Shown here piece after piece: positions 58,890-64,000 of a stretch of 64,000 nt of DNA. The stretch comes from a virus. Its lineage: Duplodnaviria > Caudoviricetes. The notes beneath the pieces are model-generated. The model was not told where the DNA came from. It saw only the letters and a list, made by a program, of their open reading frames with translations, and did no database searches. The stretch lies in the IMG/VR virus record IMGVR_UViG_3300033076_001039, positions 64,110-128,109 of that record; one strand, given 5' to 3'. Each line of letters starts with the position of its first letter. Position 1 is the stretch's first letter. Position numbers and translations under genes: made by a program.

Positions 58890-60905
58890 ATGAACGATTT
58901 AATGGACGACGACGACAAAACAACAAACAAAAAGACCAAATCATCTGAAGGTTCTAACACTCCTGTATTGGATAACTTCAGTAGGGACTTGATTAAACTG
59001 GCGGAAGCTGGCAAACTTGACCCTGTTATTGGTCGTGACCGAGAAATCTTAAGGATTGCTCAGATTCTTTCTCGTAGAAAGAAAAATAACCCAATTATTA
59101 TTGGTGAACCTGGTTGTGGTAAGACCGCACTTGTTGAAGGTTTGGCAATTAAGATTGTTAATGGTGATTGTCCTCGTAATTTGGTGGATAAACGTCTTGT
59201 CAATCTTGACCTAACTTCAGTAGTTGCAGGTACCAAATACCGTGGTCAGTTCGAGGAACGTATGAAGGTGATTATCGAAGAACTTCAAGCAAACCCGAAT
59301 ATCATCGTATTCATCGATGAGATTCACACTTTGGTTGGTTCAGGTAACTCATCAGGTTCCATGGACGGTTCAAACATCTTTAAACCCGCATTGGCACGTG
59401 GGGAAGTTCAATGTATCGGAGCAACTACTTTGGATGAGTTCCGTAAAAACATTGAAAAAGATGGGGCATTGGAACGTCGTTTTCAAAAGGTGATTGTTGA
59501 ACCATCTTCAGTAGATGAAACAATCCAAATCCTTAAGAACGTACGTGACAAATACGAATCATTCCACAAGGTACACTACAGTGATGAGGTTATTGAGACT
59601 TGTGTGAAATTGGCAGACCGTTACATTACGGACCGTGAGTTTCCTGACAAAGCGTTCGATATCTTGGATGAGGTTGGTGCAAGAATGCAAACTGACTTAA
59701 AGATTCCTGAAGCAATTGAGGAATTGAAGAAAAAGGCGGCAGACATCAAGAAAGAAAAGATGGAGGTAGTTAAACGACAAAACTACGAACAAGCTGCGGA
59801 ACTCCGAGACAAAGAACGTAAGTTATTGTCAAAACTCGAACAAGAGAAAATCAAGTTCGAAGAAAAGTTAGAGAAGGAGAAACAAACCATTTTGTTGGAA
59901 CATGTTTATGATGTAGTGTCAAACATGACTAAAATCCCTGTAAGCAAAATGAGTGTGGATGACACCAAAGCTCTACTTGACTTGGACAAGAGCTTAATCG
60001 ACAAGGTTATCGGTCAGAATGATGCGGTTGTCAAGATTGCAAAATCAATCAAACGTAATCGTTTGGGTATTAAAGACCCTAATCGCCCAATCGGTTCATT
60101 CGTCTTTTTGGGTTCGACTGGTGTTGGTAAGACATATTTGGCAAAACAACTGGCAAAAGAAATGTTTGGTTCCGAAGATGCTCTCATTCGTGTCGATATG
60201 TCTGAGTACCAAGAGAAACACACAGTATCCAAATTGGTCGGAGCCCCTCCAGGATACGTAGGTTACGAAGAAGGTGGATTGTTGACAGAGAAAGTCAAAA
60301 ACAAACCATACTCGGTAATCCTATTTGACGAGGTGGAAAAGGCACACAGAGATGTGTTTACCATTCTACTTCAAATCTTGGATGATGGTCACGTTACCGA
60401 CAGTCTTGGTCGTAAGATTAACTTCAAGAACACCTTGATTATCTTGACCTCAAACTTGGGTGTTAAGAAACTTCAAGATTTTGGAACAGGTATTGGTTTC
60501 TCAAGCAACTCATACAGTAATGAGGAAGCAAAGAAACAAATGTTGATGAAGGAAATGAAAAACTTCTTCTCACCTGAGTTCATCAACCGTATCGATGATA
60601 CAATCGTATTCAACTCTTTGGGTCAGGAAGACATCAAAAAGATTACTGACATCGAATTGAAAAAGTTGATGACTCGTTTGACCGACTTGAACTACAAAAT
60701 CACATACGATGAATCTTTGGTGGAATATATCTCAAAGATTGGGTATGATGAATTGTACGGAGCTCGTCCTATGAAACGAGCAATTCAGGACAAGGTGGAA
60801 GATTTAATCTCCGAAGAAGTTCTGACGGGAAAAATGATTGAAGGTAAATCATATCTCATCAAGGTTGTTGATGAGGATGTGATAATCCAAAAGAAAGGTC
60901 GTTAA
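58890..60905 (+). CDS. clpC: ClpC-type AAA+ unfoldase lacking the N-terminal domain
   Basis: GEPGCGKT, FIDEIH, UVR M-domain (QNYEQAAELRD), GSTGVGKT, GYVGY, FDEVEK, GIGF ClpP-binding loop, GAR. Likely start ATG 58890. Confidence 0.92.
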   Translation: MNDLMDDDDKTTNKKTKSSEGSNTPVLDNFSRDLIKLAEAGKLDPVIGRDREILRIAQILSRRKKNNPIIIGEPGCGKTALVEGLAIKIVNGDCPRNLVDKRLVNLDLTSVVAGTKYRGQFEERMKVIIEELQANPNIIVFIDEIHTLVGSGNSSGSMDGSNIFKPALARGEVQCIGATTLDEFRKNIEKDGALERRFQKVIVEPSSVDETIQILKNVRDKYESFHKVHYSDEVIETCVKLADRYITDREFPDKAFDILDEVGARMQTDLKIPEAIEELKKKAADIKKEKMEVVKRQNYEQAAELRDKERKLLSKLEQEKIKFEEKLEKEKQTILLEHVYDVVSNMTKIPVSKMSVDDTKALLDLDKSLIDKVIGQNDAVVKIAKSIKRNRLGIKDPNRPIGSFVFLGSTGVGKTYLAKQLAKEMFGSEDALIRVDMSEYQEKHTVSKLVGAPPGYVGYEEGGLLTEKVKNKPYSVILFDEVEKAHRDVFTILLQILDDGHVTDSLGRKINFKNTLIILTSNLGVKKLQDFGTGIGFSSNSYSNEEAKKQMLMKEMKNFFSPEFINRIDDTIVFNSLGQEDIKKITDIELKKLMTRLTDLNYKITYDESLVEYISKIGYDELYGARPMKRAIQDKVEDLISEEVLTGKMIEGKSYLIKVVDEDVIIQKKGR

Positions 60906-60909
60906 TAAG

Positions 60910-60936
60910 AAAAGGGAGATTTATTCTCCCTTTTTT
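60910..60936 (+). terminator. Terminator after clpC
   Basis: AAAAGGGAGA-tttat-TCTCCCTTTTTT. Confidence 0.85.
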
Positions 60937-60946
60937 ATATTTATAA

Positions 60947-61216
60947 ATGATGAAAGATTTAATCAGAAAAGTCCTTAGAGAGATGGTGACCAAAACAAAG
61001 GTCATTTGTGATGAGTGTGGATGGTCTTGGGATATTGCCGATGGTGGTGATGACCTATATATCTGTCATAAGTGTGGTCATGATAATGAACCCGTAGAAA
61101 AGGGGGAACACAAAGAAAGTGAACTAACTGAAAGATGCTGGAAAGGTTATACCCAAAAAGGTATGAAAACCATGTTTGGTAAAAGATACCCTAACTGTGT
61201 AAAAATAAAGAAATAA
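60947..61216 (+). CDS. Small protein: Zn ribbon plus C-terminal CWKGY...YPNCVK module
   Basis: CDECG...CHKCG; N-terminal DLIRKVLRE; TATTTATA at 60938-60945. Confidence 0.7.
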   Translation: MMKDLIRKVLREMVTKTKVICDECGWSWDIADGGDDLYICHKCGHDNEPVEKGEHKESELTERCWKGYTQKGMKTMFGKRYPNCVKIKK

Positions 61217-61245
61217 AAAAAATCGGATGATTTCTCACCCGATTT
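61216..61245. terminator. Terminator between convergent genes
   Basis: AAATCGG...CCGATTT hairpin with A-tract. Confidence 0.55.
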
Positions 61246-61249
61246 ACAT

Positions 61250-62089
61250 TTAGAATAACCATTGTTTTTTCCAACCGTATTCAACCAACTGTTTGTAATG
61301 CAATTTGTGACCAAGTTTTTCAATCATCTTACGACCCATTTCAATACCATTCATTACATCCTCAACAACGACGTATTCGTGCTTGGTGTGATAGTTGTAA
61401 TATCCAATTGAGAAGTTAATACAAGAGAAATCGAACTTACCTCGTAGAGCGTACACGTCAGTGTAGGGGTGAACCATGTATCTCATTCTATCACCCATAC
61501 CTTCTGTTAATACTTTATCACAAGCATCAAAGAATTCTGTTTCACGGTCAAACAAAACTTGACCAAAACATTTTTCAGTAATCATCCAATTTTCAGGTGC
61601 ATCAAACTGAATACCATAACCTACATTTGTAAAGAATGATGGGTCAGCTTTCATGGAACCATGACAACCAGTTTCTTCAGATACAAAGAATGCCGCTTTA
61701 ACATATTGTAATTCTTTTAACAAAGTAAGACATGCAAAAACACCACACTTGTCGTCACCTCCAATACCTGTTGGGTCTCCGTTATCATCATATCCTTTAT
61801 ATGACAACTTAATCTCTTTTTGGGCATTTGGTAACATTTCCTCAACGACGTTAATCTCATTCAAACCATGAACGGTATCCGTGTGGGAAATAACACAAGG
61901 GAAATAAAAATCTTCAGGAAGGTCTTTGGATTCTTGTTTTGTTGCGTAGACGTTATTATATTGGTCTACATAATGTTCAATATTATTTTCAGTTAACCAA
62001 TTAACCAAAAATGCAACCATTTTGTCTTCGTGATACGTTGCGGTTGGCACGCTCAAAACGGCTTTGAGTAATTCTAAATTTTGTTCCAT
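61250..62089 (-). CDS. M20/M28-like zinc metallopeptidase
   Basis: SHTDTV, GGDDKCG, SEETG, QFD, GYY..HT..E. Confidence 0.85.
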   Translation of the reverse strand: MEQNLELLKAVLSVPTATYHEDKMVAFLVNWLTENNIEHYVDQYNNVYATKQESKDLPEDFYFPCVISHTDTVHGLNEINVVEEMLPNAQKEIKLSYKGYDDNGDPTGIGGDDKCGVFACLTLLKELQYVKAAFFVSEETGCHGSMKADPSFFTNVGYGIQFDAPENWMITEKCFGQVLFDRETEFFDACDKVLTEGMGDRMRYMVHPYTDVYALRGKFDFSCINFSIGYYNYHTKHEYVVVEDVMNGIEMGRKMIEKLGHKLHYKQLVEYGWKKQWLF

Positions 62090-62093
62090 AGAG

Positions 62094-62125
62094 CAAATAT
62101 ATAACTTTAATTAGAACTAACCAAA
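62094..62125 (-). promoter_or_regulatory. Bacteroidota sigmaA promoter TTTG-N20-TATATTTG
   Basis: CAAA 62122-62125 and CAAATATA 62094-62101 on the plus strand; only 4 nt before ATG 62089. Confidence 0.65.
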
Positions 62126-63919
62126 TTAAAATAACTCTGGTTGGTGTAATAAATTATAAAATTGTTCTTCTGAATATTTTTTAGTTTCAAATCCTCCTTC
62201 AGGTGTTCTCATTTCAACAGATACTGTCATATCATCTCTATCAAAATCTTTTATTTTGAAACTTTTTTCCTTGTCTTTTGGTAATTCATACCATACCTTT
62301 ATTTTATATTTAGATAATATTTTTTTCCTAAATTCAATAAATTCATCTAGGTTTTCATCCTCTTCCAATTTTTCAAGAATTGAGTCTAATTGTCTTTCAA
62401 CATAATTATTAAATGACTCACTGTCGAAATTATCATAATCTTGATATTCATATTGGTCCTCAGCCCAATTACCTATATTTCCTCCGTGGTCTTCAATAAG
62501 TTTTTGAATTAATGACATGGCATCAATTTTAGTTATTCCATATCTTGCAGTCCACATTAATAAGTTTGCTGCGGTTGTATAAATCTCATCATGTTTTCTT
62601 TTAAATGCAAACCCGATAGATTCTAATGCCTTGTCAAGTTCATTATTCATACTCTCCCTTGCAGTAATTGTCATTTCCCTATTTTTTTCCACAAAATAGT
62701 CGCTAAGAATATTATCAGTTTCTCTTTCAAATAAATCCGACAATACTGAGGATAATTCTTGTCTATATTCGTCACTATTTAAATTAAATTCTTTTGATGG
62801 TAATATAACTTCCGAAATTTTTTTTAATTTTTCTTTATTCTCATCATTTAAATCACCATAAACAATATACCCTTCTTTCCAATCTTCATCAACAGTATAT
62901 GAATCCATAAATTCATAATCACTGTAATAACTATTTATTACGTTGAAGAACCAAATATCGTCGTCGGTTAAATCCAAAAATTTAAGGAAGTTATCGTCGT
63001 CACCAAAATCAAAAACAATTTTACTTTGTCCCAACGGGTCTGCAGGAATAATTTCAAGAATCGACCCATCTGAATTCTCAAGGTCTCTAACACTTGTTTG
63101 ATTTCGAACAAACTCACGTAGTTTTTTGACAAATTCACCCATTCCAAGTAATTCATCAATTAAATCATTTTGATTTGGGAATTGTTCTCTCAACTCCTCT
63201 AAATCTACGTTTCTGTCTTCGGCGTTATATACATCCATTATTCTTTCTTTTTCATTTCTGAATAACGCCATTTTTAATCCTGTTTTCTTGTTTAAGAAAT
63301 AATATAAATTACCATCTCTAAAATATTTGTCAAAGTAACCAGGATTACCTTTTTGAGTTGTACACCATTTTGTATTGGCTCCGTAATAACAAGATGCGGC
63401 ATGTGATTTAGGTCTAACAACTAAAACATCATTGTCTTCGTAAATCTTGTCGGCTTGGGTTTTAATTTCCCTTTCAATTTCTCTTTGTGTTTTTCTTGCA
63501 TCAATCGTATTCATCAATTTCTTGATGAATTGTGGGTTTTCATATTGATTGATATCTTTTGGTGAACGAGCAATACCTTCAATATTTGGTACAACATATT
63601 CACTGTTCATATCATTTCTAAATGCCGTCTCAGCATTCCAAATGTCATCTTCCTTAATTCTATTTACGTTTGCATGGAACCAAGGAATTATAGTCCCGAA
63701 TAAATCTTGAAGTGCCTCACCTTGTTGGACATTTAATCCACCTGTTGGACCAGCCAATTCAGGAATGATTTTTTCTAATTTTTTGGCAATGTAATCTACG
63801 TATTTGTATCGTGTTGGGTCAACGCTCAATATCCTGTCAATAAATGGACCGTCATATTGAAACTTTTGTTTCAGTCTTTTTGCCGCGTCTTCTGTTTTAC
63901 CTTCAATTATAATCTTCAC
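62126..63919 (-). CDS. Hypothetical protein with HAASCYYGANTKWCT domain
   Basis: 597 aa, GTG start MKIIIEG; TATTTATA at 63935-63942. Confidence 0.65.
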   Translation of the reverse strand: MKIIIEGKTEDAAKRLKQKFQYDGPFIDRILSVDPTRYKYVDYIAKKLEKIIPELAGPTGGLNVQQGEALQDLFGTIIPWFHANVNRIKEDDIWNAETAFRNDMNSEYVVPNIEGIARSPKDINQYENPQFIKKLMNTIDARKTQREIEREIKTQADKIYEDNDVLVVRPKSHAASCYYGANTKWCTTQKGNPGYFDKYFRDGNLYYFLNKKTGLKMALFRNEKERIMDVYNAEDRNVDLEELREQFPNQNDLIDELLGMGEFVKKLREFVRNQTSVRDLENSDGSILEIIPADPLGQSKIVFDFGDDDNFLKFLDLTDDDIWFFNVINSYYSDYEFMDSYTVDEDWKEGYIVYGDLNDENKEKLKKISEVILPSKEFNLNSDEYRQELSSVLSDLFERETDNILSDYFVEKNREMTITARESMNNELDKALESIGFAFKRKHDEIYTTAANLLMWTARYGITKIDAMSLIQKLIEDHGGNIGNWAEDQYEYQDYDNFDSESFNNYVERQLDSILEKLEEDENLDEFIEFRKKILSKYKIKVWYELPKDKEKSFKIKDFDRDDMTVSVEMRTPEGGFETKKYSEEQFYNLLHQPELF

Positions 63920-63951
63920 AGGATATTTTTTTACTATAAATACAAGTTTTG

Positions 63952-63982
63952 TTTGGAATATTCATATTTATACTTACCTTTG
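63952..63982 (+). promoter_or_regulatory. Bacteroidota sigmaA promoter TTTG-N19-TACCTTTG, pointing out of the window
   Basis: Exact -33/-7 consensus with a 19-nt spacer. Confidence 0.7.
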
Positions 63983-64000
63983 TAAAACAAATCACGGGTG

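Noticed and set aside
4451-63942. Reading plus-strand TATAAATA as classical T4 late promoters
   Set aside because: In that orientation they would point away from the adjacent genes; orientation tracks TATTTAT on the coding strand.
1-64000. Stop-codon reassignment, as seen in some large phages
   Set aside because: Core genes (MCP, portal, terminase, ClpC) are uninterrupted in the standard code and coding density is high.
1-64000. tRNA, rRNA, integrase or transposase genes
   Set aside because: No cloverleaf/T-loop signatures in the short intergenic gaps and no recombinase motifs were recognised; tRNAscan was not run.
63983-64000. Possible RNA or gene starting after the terminal promoter
   Set aside because: Only 18 nt are visible; it cannot be assessed.

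Overview
64-kb segment of a large, AT-rich, T4-like (gp17/gp20/gp21/gp22/gp23-type) tailed phage using the standard genetic code. The host is most likely Bacteroidota: there are TTTG-N19/20-TAnnTTTG promoters, no Shine-Dalgarno sequences, a Bacteroidia-type bS21, a DUF4494-like gene and a Bacteroidota-like ClpC. Left to right: (1) 1-9001, minus strand: a LamG-like structural protein, three Thr/Pro mucin-like proteins plus a stand-alone copy of one of their domains, then GT60 (polypeptide GlcNAc-transferase family), GT25 and two HtrL-family genes; (2) 9055-11816: late genes including a stand-alone WYL protein; (3) 11869-32478: a ~20-kb glycan and nucleotide-sugar cluster with dUTPase, exonuclease, NadE and PhoH, followed by a gp55-like sigma factor; (4) 33243-39468: baseplate/structural genes; (5) 42320-55656: head and packaging module with an inverted bS21 gene; (6) 55676-63919: another mucin-like protein, a nucleotidyltransferase, KTSC, a tandem-UVR protein divergent from an N-domain-less ClpC, and a zinc peptidase. 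The strongest novelty candidates are: a phage mucin plus O-glycosylation system; a TATTTAT(A) late-promoter regulon that often implies leaderless mRNAs; protease-released Cys/Lys-rich micro-modules in putative internal head proteins; a ClpC/UVR-adaptor pair behind a symmetric sigma54-like divergent control region; and a hammerhead-core-like structured 5' leader. All family calls come from motif recognition by eye; no searches were run.
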